From positions 8,680,001-8,744,000 of the forward strand of contig OZ024747.1 of NCBI GenBank assembly GCA_964016885.1: a stretch of 64,000 nt of DNA. Direction: 5' to 3'. The position numbers were made by a program, and so were the translations under genes. Source of the stretch: Eledone cirrhosa (lineage: Eukaryota). Positions 46,067 to 60,427 of this stretch are shown here, piece after piece. The notes beneath the pieces are model-generated. The model had not been told where the DNA came from. It was given only the letters and a program-made list of their open reading frames with translations, and searched no databases. The stretch's first letter is position 1. Each line of letters starts with the position of its first letter.

Positions 46067-46794
46067 ATATATATATATATATATAAATATAAATATATAT
46101 AAGTGGAAGCTTAGTAAAATCGAAGCTTTGGCTGTGGCCAAGCTAACGACCTACAATTAGGAATGAGCAGCAAAGCACTCATTAAGGGAGGCCCTTAGAG
46201 TAAACACACGTTTAGACAGCTTGACAAATTGAAAATTGCAGCAGGCACACATTACCAAAAACAACGGAAAAACTAATATATATACATATATAATTGTTTC
46301 TACTTTAGGCACAAGGCCAGCAATTACCCAGTGCATTACTGGTACTATATATAATGAAATGAGATAGCAAGACTATATTTATATATAGGGGCTCTTCTTA
46401 GGGATCAATTTATGTTATCTGGCAATGACCTTCTTTCAAGGTTACCCGATTTAAGAGGTCAACCCTATATATGACTAAATCTCATTAAAATCCAACAACT
46501 TAATTAATAAGTGGAAGATTTTTACTTTACATTGTGTAACATTATACTCTGAATTATAATTAGGGAAAAGGACAAAACCTGTAAAGATGAAAAATGTCAT
46601 GAAAAATGTTATTTTCTGTTTGTTTTAACAATTAAGACTCATTTGATACATTCATTAATAAAATGTTGCCATATATTAAGTTTCAATTAATTAGTGGTGG
46701 TTCTTAATTACAGAAATAAGTATTTATGTATATACATCACTTTGTAAAATATTCACATGTAGATATTTTTTAATCTCTGTTCTCCCTGCTAGCA

Positions 46795-47330
46795 ATCATC
46801 ATCATCGTTTAATGTCCATTTTTCCACGTTAGCATGGGTTAGACGAGTTGTCCCGTTGTGAGATAAGCCAGGTCAGCTGACCCCATCTTGCTCATAAAGA
46901 ACTGATTCTGGCTTGGTTTCTACAACTGGATGCTCTTCCTAACACCAACCACATTTATAGTGAGTACTGGGTGCTTTTTGTCAAGTCACCAGCACAACCA
47001 CTTTAAAGTGTGTACTGGGTGCTTTTTGTCATGTCACCAGCACAACCACTTTACAGTGTATATGGGGTGCTTTTTGTCGTGTCACCAGCAAGCCACTTTA
47101 CAGTGTGTACTGGGTACTTTTTGTCGTGTCACCAGCACAACCACTTTACAGTGTGTACTGGGTACTTTTTGTCGTGTCACCAGCACACAACCACTTTACA
47201 GTGTGTACTGGGTACTTTTTGTTGTGTCACCAGCACAACCACTTTACAGTGTGTACTGGGTACTTCTTATCGTGTCACCAGCACAACCACTTTACAGTGT
47301 GTACTGGCTACTTTTTGTTATGACTCTTAT
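46795..47330 (-). mobile_element. RTE-tailed SINE segment with an internal 48-bp tandem expansion (46950-47330)
   Basis: catcatcgtttaatgtccatttttccacgttagcatgggttagacg, then the unit accactttacagtgtgtactgggtactttttgtcgtgtcaccagcaca. Confidence 0.7.
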
Positions 47331-47559
47331 AAGACCACCAATAACCATCATCCGTCTGCATTACAAAGAAAATCATAGCTCAACAGCTCACTCCTATTGC
47401 AAGTTTAGTTGATTTCCTATGAGATTGCATCACATAAAAGATTTCTTCGGTGTTTTAATAATAGGGAAGCTAGCTCTATCGTGAAAAGCAACATAAAATG
47501 TAGTGTCTTGTTCAAGAACACAATGTTCTACTTGGTCGAGGAATCAAGCCACAATGTTC

Positions 47560-47765
47560 ATGAGTTCAACATCCAAACCACAAAGCCATGCACCTTCACC
47601 ACATTGCCCAACATGTCCATACAATCATTTCTCTTACACGGTACATCTAATTCCTCTTACACCTAGTTGTTCCCTCAATATATCTGTGCTTCCTCATTTA
47701 TACACACTAATCTTACATATCCAACAGAGCATGCTCGATCCCTTTCTTTCTAGCCTACACATCTA
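47560..47765 (-). mobile_element. Degenerate RTE LINE ORF fragment
   Basis: Minus strand translates RLERKGSSMLCWICKISV..STDILREQLGVRGIRC....LYGHV with stops. Homologous to the copy at 57420-58415. Confidence 0.6.
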
Positions 47766-47769
47766 AAGT

Positions 47770-48046
47770 CTAAGGTCTGTCTTAAGCCAGAAGGCTCATT
47801 TGGTCGGTGCTTATCTCGGTTTCATGGCGTGAAGCGACTGAGAGTACAAGACTCCCCGCTGGACAGGACCCCAGTCTATCATAGGGTAAACCCTCAGCTA
47901 TTGCTGGTACTCATTTTCAGTTGAGTATACTGGAGCAACGTGAATTGAAGTGCTTTGCTCAAGAACACAACACGTAACACAGGAAACGAAACCCACGACA
48001 TTATGATCGTAAGTCCAACACCCTTACCAATAGGCCACGTGCCTGC
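47770..48046 (-). mobile_element. Near full-length tRNA-derived SINE
   Basis: Minus strand: A-box-like tggcctattgg, B-box-like ggtttcgtttcc, CORE-like gtgttcttgagcaaagcactt, then cagtatactcaactgaaaatgagtacc and gatagactggggtcctgtccag. Confidence 0.75.
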
Positions 48047-49435
48047 ACAGCCTACATATATATACTCTGTATTCAAAGCACATATCTCACCTTCATGCAA
48101 CATTACACATCATTCACAGGTATCATATATATATATACATGGGCAACAAAAAAAAGCTGAGTGAATGAGTGAAGGATGTTACTGTGGAGTATACAGAGGT
48201 GAGTAAAGTCAGCTAGGTTGAAATTACTTCAAAAGTCAGTGTACGATGAACTTCCATCTTATACCAATTTCAAGCAATGGTGATGGAATGCTGCTCCTAA
48301 CTGCCATCAGTGAGGCAATTGTATATCAGTAGAGCAATATTCTGGTAGCATGCAACTCATCTTTTGCAAAATATTTTGATACTAAACTAGCCAAAACCAG
48401 TTCTGGTTCTATTAAACAAGACCTCCCATTTTCATGGGTTACCATTTTAAATTAAAATCTTCTAACATAATTTTATATAACAACCATATGTTAAGTTACT
48501 ATAATAATGGTTTCTTTATTTAAGTTACTATAATAATGAAATAATTTTAACAAATCCATCAAAATTCTTCATTGAAATAAAGTATATTTCGTTAGAAATA
48601 TGGTAATGAATGGTATCAATTTGGTTCTATGAAATAAAATTACTCATTTTAATGGGTTTCTATTTTAAATTAAAATTTACTAAGTATTTTAGATTAGAAC
48701 CATGTGTTAAGTTACTCTTTTTGTAATGAAATAATTAATAATTTTAATATATCTATCCAAATTCTTCATTAATTAGTTGAAATATGGTCAGAAAAGGGTT
48801 AAACAATTCCTAAACACATTTGCTAGCCCAAGAAACTAACACTGCAACAGAATCAATACCCAGAGAAATCGATATTCTGTTGATTTCCACAAGCATCCCA
48901 GAAGTGTGAACTTGGAGCAGGCAACACATTCACATCTAAATTGTAACTAATGACTGAAAAGTTTACTACTTAAGGGGATATAACCTCCTACAGGGGATGT
49001 AACTCAAGGTAAAACTCAGTAATCTGATAGAAACTGATAAAATAAGAACCTGACAGAAGAAAGATGATTTGACCTTACTTGAAGACGTTTTCAAAGCAGC
49101 AGTGATAAGTCAGATGAATCGAGGAAATATTGGTTTCACTTTAGCTTCCATGCATTTATATAGATGTATATGGAGTGTGGGGGTGTTGCATATTCTAAGT
49201 GAAGAAAGGATATGTAAACTGAACTAGACTTCATGTGACTGGAATTGGGGATAAAGAGTGGAAGAGAAAATATTTGAAAACTGAGAGAAATATATATATA
49301 TTATATATTATAATATAATATATATATATATTATAATATAATATATATATATATTATAATATAATATAATAAATATTCTGCTTATCTTGAGAGATCTTAA
49401 TAAATCCATTATCAAATCTATTATTAATATAAATC

Positions 49436-52230
49436 AATAGAAATACAGATACTCTCACAATAGAAATACAGATACTCTCACAATAGAAATACAGATACTC
49501 TCACAATAGAAATACAGATACTCTCACAATAGAAATACAGATACTCTCACAATAGAAATATAGATACTCTCACAATAGAAATACAGATACTCTCACAATA
49601 GAAATACAGATACTCTCACAATAGAAATACAGATACTCTCACAATAGAAATATAGATACTCTCACAATAGAAATACAGATACTCTCACAATAGAAATATA
49701 GATACTCTCAATATAAATACAGATACTCTCACAATAGAAATACAGATACTCTCACAATAGAAATACAGATACTCTCACAATAGAAATATAGATACTCTCA
49801 CAATAGAAATACAGATACTCTCACAATAGAAATACAGATACTCTCACAATATAAATACAGATACTCTCACAATAGAAATATAGATACTCTCACAATAGAA
49901 ATACAGATACTCTCACAATAGAAATATAGATACTCTCACAATAGAAATACAGATACTCTCACAATAGAAATACAGATACTCTCACAATAGAAATACAGAT
50001 ACTCTCACAATAGAAATATAGATACTCTCACAATAGAAATACAGATACTCTCACAATAGAAATACAGATACTCTCACAATAGAAATACAGATACTCTCAC
50101 AATAGAAATATAGATACTCTCACAATAGAAATACAGATACTCTCACAATAGAAATATAGATACTCTCAATATAAATACAGATACTCTCACAATAGAAATA
50201 CAGATACTCTCACAATAGAAATACAGATACTCTCACAATAGAAATATAGATACTCTCACAATAGAAATACAGATACTCTCACAATAGAAATACAGATACT
50301 CTCACAATAGAAATATAGATACTCTCACAATAGAAATACAGATACTCTCACAATAGAAATACAGATACTCTCACAATAGAAATACAGATACTCTCACAAT
50401 AGAAATATAGATACTCTCACAATAGAAATATAGATACTCTCACAATAGAAATACAGATACTCTCACAATATATATACAGATACTCTCACAATAGAAATAC
50501 AGATACTCTCACAATAGAAATATAGATACTCTCACAATAGAAATATAGATACTCTCACAATAGAAATATAGATACTCTCACAATATAAATACAGATACTC
50601 TCACAATAGAAATATAGATACTCTCACAATAGAAATATAGATACTCTCACAATAGAAATACAGATACTCTCACAATAGAAATACAGATACTCTCACAATA
50701 GAAATATAGATACTCTCACAATAGAAATATAGATACTCTCACAATAGAAATACAGATACTCTCACAATATATATACAGATACTCTCACAATAGAAATACA
50801 GATACTCTCACAATAGAAATATAGATACTCTCACAATAGAAATATAGATACTCTCACAATAGAAATATAGATACTCTCACAATATAAATACAGATACTCT
50901 CACAATAGAAATATAGATACTCTCACAATAGAAATATAGATACTCTCACAATAGAAATATAGATACTCTCACAATATAAATACAGATACTCTCACAATAG
51001 AAATATAGATACTCTCACAATAGAAATATAGATACTCTCACAATAGAAATATAGATACTCTCACAATAGAAATACAGATACTCTCACAATAGAAATATAG
51101 ATACTCTCACAATAGAAATACAGATACTCTCACAATAGAAATATAGATACTCTCACAATAGAAATATAGATACTCTCACAATAGAAATACAGATACTCTC
51201 ACAATATATATACAGATACTCTCACAATAGAAATACAGATACTCTCACAATAGAAATATAGATACTCTCACAATAGAAATATAGATACTCTCACAATAGA
51301 AATATAGATACTCTCACAATATAAATACAGATACTCTCACAATAGAAATATAGATACTCTCACAATAGAAATATAGATACTCTCACAATAGAAATATAGA
51401 TACTCTCACAATAGAAATACAGATACTCTCACAATAGAAATACAGATACTCTCACAATAGAAATACAGATACTCTCACAATAGAAATACAGATACTCTCA
51501 CAATAGAAATATAGATACTCTCACAATAGAAATACAGATACTCTCACAATAGAAATACAGATACTCTCACAATAGAAATACAGATACTCTCACAATAGAA
51601 ATATAGATACTCTCACAATATAAATATAGATACTCTCACAATAGAAATACAGATACTCTCACAATAGAAATACAGATACTCTCACAATAGAAATATAGAT
51701 ACTCTCACAATAGAAATACAGATACTCTCACAATAGAAATATAGATACTCTCACAATAGAAATATAGATACTCTCACAATAGAAATATAGATACTCTCAC
51801 AATATACATACAGATACTCTCACAATAGAAATACAGATACTCTCACAATAGAAATACAGATACTCTCACAATAGAAATATAGATACTTTCACAATAGAAA
51901 TATAGATACTCTCACAATATAAATACAGATACTCTCACAATAGAAATATAGATACTCTCACAATATAAATATAGATACTCTCACAATAGAAATATAGATA
52001 CTCTCACAATATACATACAGATACTCTCACAATAGAAATACAGATACTCTCACAATAGAAATACAGATACTCTCACAATAGAAATATAGATACTCTCACA
52101 ATATAAATATAGATACTCTCACAATAGAAATACAGATACTCTCACAATATAAATACAGATACTCTCACAATAGAAATACAGATGCTCTGCTCTCACAATA
52201 TAAATACAGATGCTCTCACATTAGAAACAC
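49436..52230. repeat. 23-bp minisatellite (caatagaaataYagatactctca), ~120 copies
   Basis: Period 23 (49441/49464). Confidence 0.97.
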
Positions 52231-52627
52231 AGATATGCCCCATAATCTGCTATTATATACTCCAAACAATAATATCTTATCTTTGGATGATTCACATAAT
52301 TAATTAATTAATTAACAAAAGGAAAATAGACGAAAAAAAATGTATGATTCAATCCTCTCTATGGAATACAAATACTCGCAAACATTCAAACATATCTAGA
52401 CTTTTCTTTGCTATATCAGGGAAAAACTTACCCTAAAACCATAAATACTATAAAATAATAAATAAAAATACAGTTAAACTATCTCAGCAGATTTTTTTGG
52501 CATTCAATAACCATAGGAAAATTTATAAGCATAAATCTGAACAAACAAGTCTTGTAAATTATAATGCGCAAACCACACACTTATAGTTTTAAATGAATAT
52601 CATAGTTATAACGTTATTAACAATAAT

Positions 52628-52790
52628 TGTTTCTACTTTTGGCACATGGCCAGCAATTACCCAGTACATTACTGGTACTTTATTTTATCGACCCCGTAAG
52701 GATGAAAGGCAAAGTTAACCTCGGCGGGATTTGAACTCAAACCATAAAGGGACGTAACTATGATGGAAAGCATGGTGTCTGACCCTCTAT
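52628..52790 (-). mobile_element. tRNA-derived SINE (second family); opposite-orientation copy at 53625-53742; fragments at 27592-27655, 41628-41725 and 46295-46346
   Basis: B-box gagttcaaatcccgccgagg followed by taactttgcctttcatcc...ggggtcgat, shared between copies. Confidence 0.7.
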
Positions 52791-53949
52791 TAACAATAAT
52801 GAACATATCAATGATGCTCATTTAACATTTAGGGCTGCCTAGTATAAATAATCTAACTATAATGATTAATTAAACTGACCTTAAAATTACTAACACTGTA
52901 ATATCTAATTGCTATTGTCCACTTAGGGGCAATTTTTGTAGAAATAATTTCATATACAAGTGTAAATAGTCTAACACTTAAAAACACTTAGGATCGACCA
53001 TAAACAACCTTATGACATGTTTAAATTTGCATTTACATATTTTTAAGAATGAAAAAGCGATAACATGAACTACTTTCTTAAGTGGGATATTATTCTGAAA
53101 AACCTTATGGAGTGGGTAGAACTAAATGCAATCTTTGTTTAATGGAAGCATTTGAAATAATCATTTAAAAAATTATCCTTCTCAATTCGAAATAATCCCT
53201 TCCTTTTTACATAGAGCCTCTTTCTTTTAAAATTTCCATCCAGATTAATTATACGCATTTCATCCATGTTGAAGTACTTTATTAACACTTTTTGCACTAA
53301 TTTTGCATCATATAACATTTATACCCTAACATATATACACATATAACATTTATATCCTACTATTATGGTAAACAAGCTCATAAAATTTCTAATTTGATAA
53401 CCCTCTTCTAGATTACTATTTTTTTATGAATCCTAACTTTTAATTCCTAAGCATTAAATACATATATATGAGTATATGCATGTGGATACATATATATCTA
53501 TATGTATGTATTTCTATATGTGTATGTATGTTATAGCTACTGTCACTCAGAGAGTGGGATTGGATCAATGCACAGTCTTTCCTCACTTTAAAAAAAATCT
53601 TCACACTCAGGCATTGCACGATATTGGCAGTATCAATAGAAGGTCTGACACCATGCTTTGCAGCAAAGAATTACGGCCCTTTCTGGTCTGAGTTCAAATC
53701 CCGCCGAGGTTAACTTTGCCTTTCATCCTTATGGGGTCGATTCATTAAGTGTGGCAACTCTGAGATGCAACATCCCGTTCTTTTTCCTGTTGTGCGATTG
53801 CTTGATGACAGTCGTGGAGTTCTCACAGATGGCTGCACCAGCTACCCCACTACCGTGTGCAGCCCTAACATGATTAGTGTTATTGCTGTTGACGCAGTTG
53901 TTGTAATTCTTATTTGTTGTGCTCATAATTTGGGCTTTTTATTATACTG

Positions 53950-54290
53950 GTTGGATGCCCTTCCTAACACCAGCACCACTTTACAGCATGGACTGGGTGC
54001 TTTTATTCGTGCCACCAGCACTAGAGAGGTTGTCTTACTGGACTCAGGGGCCCTATCTATCCCTCCATTTTACAGCATGGACTGGGTGCTTTTATTCGTG
54101 CCACCAGCACTAGAGAGGTTGTCTTACTTGTCTCAGAAGCCCTATCTACCCCTCCATTTTACAGCATGGACTGGGTGCTTTTATTCATGCCACCAGCACT
54201 AGAGAGGTTGTCTTACTGGACTCAGGGGCCCTATCCACCCCTCCATTTTACAGCATGGAGTGGGTGTTTTTATTTGTACCACCAGCTGTG
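53950..54290. repeat. 89-bp tandem repeat (~3.5 copies) built on the same SINE-internal module
   Basis: ttacagcatgg at 53981, 54070, 54159 and 54248, preceded by ggatgcccttcctaacacc. Confidence 0.85.
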
Positions 54291-55741
54291 AAATCTTGCA
54301 TGCATTAATTTCAACTCTTATTAATAACTGCATTGTTTCTTTCCAGTAACTATGTTGTAAAATAAACCTCATTTGGTCATTCCATGAGAGTGTCTTGGTC
54401 ATATGACCCTCTTATCTTACATTTTTCATTCTCTTTTTATTTAACATGTAATTATAACCCCACCTAAGTTATATTCCAAGCTTTATATTTAATGTAGATT
54501 ATCTACTGATATAATTTAATGAAATTTCTTATGTCACTGAACAATTATATTTAATTACTGTTTTATGATTCCTTAATTGTTTTTAACGTTCTTTTGATAT
54601 TTTTTTTCACAACTTCACTTACAAAATGATAATATGCCTTTTAATTCCCATTGGTATAACTCTAGCTCTATATTTAGTGTATGTTATGTTTTTGTAATGA
54701 TATATTCTAGTTAGTGAAATATCTAGTTACTGAACGTAAATATTATATCATTTATAAATATCAATTACAATTTTAGGTTTCCATAATTTTAACGTTTTCT
54801 TTGATATATTTTAAATATTATTATTTACAGCTTTGCTTACGAAGTTAGAACATTTCTCCCACTGGTATATAAAAACATGTAAGGTAAATTATTTGAATTT
54901 TATTGTACTCTGATGAACTATTCTTCCAAGATTGAAATTTATTTCACTAAACTTACTTTCATTCCTGATTAGTCAAGTGAAATGGTCATAAGTCTAATAA
55001 ATGTTTTAATAAATGTACACTTTGTAAAGCAGTTGGTATTAGGTATGGCATCCAGCTGTAGAAGTCATGCAAAAATGAAGTGTATCTAACAGAGACAATC
55101 CCTCGATTCATCAAGTAGGCCAATAAAACCAATACTGTCTTGTTCTGTAACATCCCATCCAACACATGCCAGCATGGAAAAGCAAACTGAAAATGATGAT
55201 GGGAGGCTTCCACCTAGTTTCCTTCTACTAAATTTAATCACACTGTATTGGCTAGCCCAAGACTATAATGAAAATGCTTAACCAAAGAGCCACAAAGTGA
55301 GATAGAATGCAAAGCAAACTTCTTAGTCATACAGCCAAGCCAAGCCAAGTCTATTTAATGTCATGCCTGCATCTCCAGTTGTTAATCACACAGCCATGCC
55401 TGCACCTATTGTATAAAGAGAGAGAGATCTGGTATTGGAGATGACACAGATACACAAGAACACTGATGGATGAATAATGTATTGTGTGCTGATGAAAGAG
55501 TGAATCTGTATCAGTGTAACATAGAGGAAGATGTGGGAAGAGATAAAGAAATCATATTTTAGGTGGGGCATCACTTTAGAAGGTTGGGCCACAATGATGA
55601 GATGAGGTAAAAGGAAATCAGAATCTGGGACAATATCCTAAACCTGTTCAATGTACAACATTGTTTCTCAAGCTCCACTGTTTTCTTCAAACAAATATAC
55701 ACCCTACTATAATCAGACAAAGATTTTATAAAGCAGATTAT

Positions 55742-55944
55742 ATACAAGGATCAGCTGAAAAGTTTATATACTGACCAAGATACTCTCATGGAATGACCAA
55801 ACGAGGTATATTTTTGAACATAATTTCTAGAAAGAAACAATGCAGTTATTAATAAGAAGAGTTGAAATTAATACATGCAAAATTTCACTGCTCTAGCATC
55901 ACTCCTTCATAGTCAGCCTATGAATTTTTCAGTCAACCCACATA
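55742..55944. mobile_element. Mariner-derived MITE (partial inverted copy at 54288-54410)
   Basis: TAcaaggatcagctgaaaagtttata ... tatgaatttttcagtcaacccacaTA. The TIR and subterminal sequence match the mariner remnant at 3183-3297. Confidence 0.7.
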
Positions 55945-56789
55945 GTATAGTATATAGTATAGTATATAGTATAGTATACAGCATGCATATGCCCCATTCT
56001 GAAGTCAACACCCAATCAAAATATTGCCATGCCCCACTGGTGGGAGGCATGCTCCCCACCTTGAGAAACATAGATCAGAATCTGTGTCACTATGTTGAAC
56101 CTAGTCAACCCATATTAACATGGACACTAACAATGGCCATTAAAACATTCATGATGATGCCCACAAAGACGGTTCTGTGTGTTTGTATATATATATTTCA
56201 AGGAATGTTTCAAAGATATAAACACATGTCTATTGTTTAAACCTAGTTTACCCATCCGTAAAGGAAATAAAACCACACTCCCACATTCTGATAGATAGCT
56301 GAATAAATAGATAGATTGATAGATAGATAGATATATTTCTGTTTATCGCCACGATTGATAGATAGATAGGTAGATAGATAGCACATACATACATACACAC
56401 ATTTATATATACATGCATACATACATACATACATAAACACATTTATACATTTATATATACATATCTTTTACTGGGTGCAGTCATTAAACTATATACATCC
56501 ATGGTGAGGCATCGCATATATATATATATAATTACTAGGTGCAATCATTAAACTAGGTCCATGCTGAGACATCGCATATATATATATATAATAGAAATGG
56601 CAGTAAAAAAACGTCTAAATCTACTCTACAATGAAATAGTAGCTAATATTAATTAAATAGTTATTTGTCTCTAGATATCTCAATGAATGGATAAAATCTA
56701 CAGATAATATATCAAACACAGAGAAGGAATTTAACATATATCCAAAACTGTGGCTACACTGTAAGATGGGTTGGGCTCCAAAAACGTGG

Positions 56790-57066
56790 TTCTGTTGTGA
56801 GCCGGGTTTGGTGCAGCCAACTGGCCTGCCCCTCCTCATAACAGAACCATCCAGTTCCACACTGTAAACATGCTTGGTGTTAGGAAGGGCATCCAGCTGT
56901 AAAATACCCAACCACATTTACAGTCCTCACCGAAGCAAGGTGCAATATATGGCCAACCCTGGCCAGACTTGCCTCCTGGCATGGACAACTCGTCCAAACC
57001 ATGCCAACGTGGAAAAATTGACATTAAACAGAAATGATGATGATGATGATGATGATGAACGATGAT
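56790..57066 (+). mobile_element. RTE-tailed SINE 3' half
   Basis: ggtgttaggaagggcatccagctgtaaa ... cgtccaaaccatgccaacgtggaaaa...(gat)n. Confidence 0.65.
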
Positions 57067-57419
57067 AAGACTTTAAGATAAATAGTTTTGAATCATAGAA
57101 CCAGGAATGGTTTCTGGCAGTTTGATATCAAAAGGGTTTACAAATTTGTAGAAATGTGAAAACTAAGAAGAGACAAGGATTCTGGTATTTCCTACATAGC
57201 CCTTCAATAGGAAGAGAAAATAACTTTTAAGATATTTATGGTAGCACAGAGAATATGCTTGAAGAATGTGCAAGAAATGTTATCCACCCCCTCCCCTAGT
57301 CATTCCTTATTTACTCCCCCTCTTTATCTCTTTCCTACCCCACACATTTAACAAACCTGTATTTTCAGCGTTCTTTTTTTATTGTTTGTGTACACACACA
57401 CACAAACACACACCACAAA

Positions 57420-58415
57420 GAGCAGGATGGAAAATGAAAATTTTCAGCGAGCCTCTGTTGACAACAAAGGCTGGCTGTTTGGTGTCTGTATACACTGTAC
57501 AATGTTGCATGGAAGTGAGACATGAGCAGTGAATGCAGAGGACATGCGAAGGTTGGAGAGAAATGAAGTGAGCTTTCTCTCATGGATGCACAATGTAAAG
57601 TTATGTTGGTACCACAAAACAACCAGCCGACACTGTAAAGTGGTCATGTAGGTGTCACGACAAAAAGCACCTAGTCCACACTGTAAAGTGGTCATGTAGG
57701 TGTCACGACAAAAAGCACCCAGTCCACACTGTAAAGTGATCGTGTAGGTGTCACAACAAAAAGCACCCAGTCCACACTGTAAAGTGATCATGTAGGTGTC
57801 ACAACAAAAAGCACCTAGTCCACACTGTAAAGTGGTCATGCAGGTGTCACGACAAAAAGCACCCAGCACACACTGTAAAGTGGTTGTGTAGGAGACACAG
57901 CAAAAAGCATCCGGCACACACTGTAAATGTGGTTGGCAGTAGGAAGGGCATCCAGCCATAGAGAACTAGTTAAAAACAGTCCTATATGAGCGAGACACGG
58001 TCACTCGAACAAACTTGCCTCAAATGGGACAAACCCGTCTAACCCTTGCTAGCATGGAAGATAGACGTTAAACATTGATGATGATGATAAATGACAAAGC
58101 ATGGATGAGCTGAGAAAAAAACTGGGCATAAGAGGAATCAGATGGAGTGAACAGGAGAGAAGACTGTGCTGGTATGGACATGTAATGCATATGGATGATG
58201 ATCATTGTGTTAAGAAATGGCAGGAAATCTCAGTAGGAGGTAACAACAGTAGTGGAAGACCTAACAAGACCTAGGAAGAGCTGGTGAGAGCTGATCTCAA
58301 ATGACAGAAGAGATGATGATGGAACACAATGAATGGAAGGACAATATGATGGAGATGACTTGTCTTACCCATGCAAGCATGGAATAGTGAACATAAAGTG
58401 ATGATGATTATGGTG
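57420..58415 (+). mobile_element. RTE (BovB-like) LINE 3' fragment interrupted by a SINE insertion (57594-58090)
   Basis: Left part MLHGSET*AVNAEDMRRLERNE. Right part DELRKKLGIRGIRWSEQERRLCWYGHVMHMDDDHCVKK...GRPNKT*EELVRADLK. Ends acccatgcaagcatggaa...(gat)n. Confidence 0.8.
57594..58090 (+). mobile_element. RTE-tailed SINE segment with 48-bp tandem expansion; inverted homologue of 33515-34325
   Basis: Reverse complement of the 33.5-34.3 kb element, including the terminal tgtaaagttatgttggtaccac junction. Confidence 0.75.
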
Positions 58416-58581
58416 ATATACATATATATATATATATATATATGCTAGCGTGGAAGATGGACGTTAAACAATGATGATGATGATATATATATATATATAT
58501 ATATCATCATTATCATCATCGTTTAACGTCCATATTCAACGCTAGCATATATATATATATATATATATATTTATATCAAAA

Positions 58582-58925
58582 TCATCATCATCATCATTAT
58601 CATTTTACGTCCACTTTTCCCTGCTTGCAAGGGTGGGACGGGAACTGATTCTGGCTTGATCTCTACAGCTGGATGCACTTCCTAACACCAACCTCATTTA
58701 CAGTGAGTGCTGGGTGCTTTTTTCCATGGCGCCAACACGTCCACTTTGCAGTGGAATGATAGGGACCCCAGTCCCTATCATCTCATTTCTACAGCTGAGT
58801 AAACCGGAGCAATGTGAAATAAAGTGTCTTGCTCAAGGAAACAACACATCACCCAGTCTGAGAATTGAACTCACAACCTTTCGATTGCAAGCCCGATGCT
58901 CTAACCACTAAGCCATGTGCCTCCA
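58582..58925 (-). mobile_element. Full-length tRNA-derived SINE with RTE-type tail
   Basis: Minus strand: ggaggcacatggcttagtggttagagc (A box), gagttcaattc (B box), ccttgagcaagacacttt, aggaagtgcatccagctgtag, then gaaaagtggacgtaaaatga..(tga)n. Confidence 0.8.
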
Positions 58926-58972
58926 TATATATATACATACATAATGATGATAGGCCTATTTATTGTTAATGT

Positions 58973-58978
<6 letters not shown>

Positions 58979-59028
<50 letters not shown>

Positions 59029-59285
59029 TATATACATATAGATATATATATATATACATATATATACATATATATACATATATATACATATACATATATA
59101 TATACATATATATACATATACATATATATATACATATATATACATATATATATATACATATATATATATACATATATATATCAATATATACATATACATA
59201 TCAATATATACATATACATATATGTACATATATACATATACATATATGTACATATACATATATACATATACATATATATATATAC

Positions 59286-59316
<31 letters not shown>

Positions 59317-59555
59317 CATATATATATCAATATATACATATACATATATGTACATATATACATATACATATATGTACATATACATATATGTACATATACA
59401 TATATACATATACATATGTATATATATACATATATATATATATATACATATATATACATATATATATATACATATATACATATACATATATACATATACA
59501 TATATATATATATACATATATATATACATATATACATATACATATATACATATAC

Positions 59556-59586
<31 letters not shown>

Positions 59587-59739
59587 CATATATATATACA
59601 TATATACATATACATATATACATATACATATATATATATATATACATATACATACATATATATATACATATACATATATATATATACACATATACATATA
59701 TATATATACACATATACATATATATATATATACATATAC

Positions 59740-59773
<34 letters not shown>

Positions 59774-59925
59774 ATATACATATACATATATATATATATA
59801 CATATACATATATATATATACATATACATATACATATATATATATACATATATATATACATATACATATATACATATATATATATACATATACATATATA
59901 TATATACATATACATATATATATAC

Positions 59926-59956
<31 letters not shown>

Positions 59957-60260
59957 ATACATATACATATATATATATACATATACATATACATATATAT
60001 ATACATATACATATATATATATACATATACATATATACATATACATATATATATACATATACATATACATATACATATATATATATATATATATACATAA
60101 ACATATGAATATTCACTCAAACAGATGCCCACACATACACACATGCACATTCCCACACATACACACATGCACATTCCCACACATACACACATACACACAT
60201 GCACATTCCCACACATACACACATACACACATGCACATTCCCACACATACATGCCCACAA
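58979..60260. repeat. (TA)/(TACA) microsatellite followed by a short CA-rich minisatellite
   Basis: Seen directly. Confidence 0.95.
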
Positions 60261-60427
60261 GTGAATGAGAAAAAAAAAACAAGTTATTCTTAGACGTAGA
60301 TGTACACACAAAGGAATTTACTAGTTATATACACTCACAGAGAAGAGCATTCACTCAAAGGCAAGGAAGCGAGTCATGGGCACCCAGGAGCAGAAACAGC
60401 TGGATGATAAATACATGAAATTAAACT

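Noticed and set aside
58850-58925. tRNA-like sequences (also 47980-48046)
   Set aside because: A and B boxes are present, but there is no complete cloverleaf and they continue into SINE bodies.
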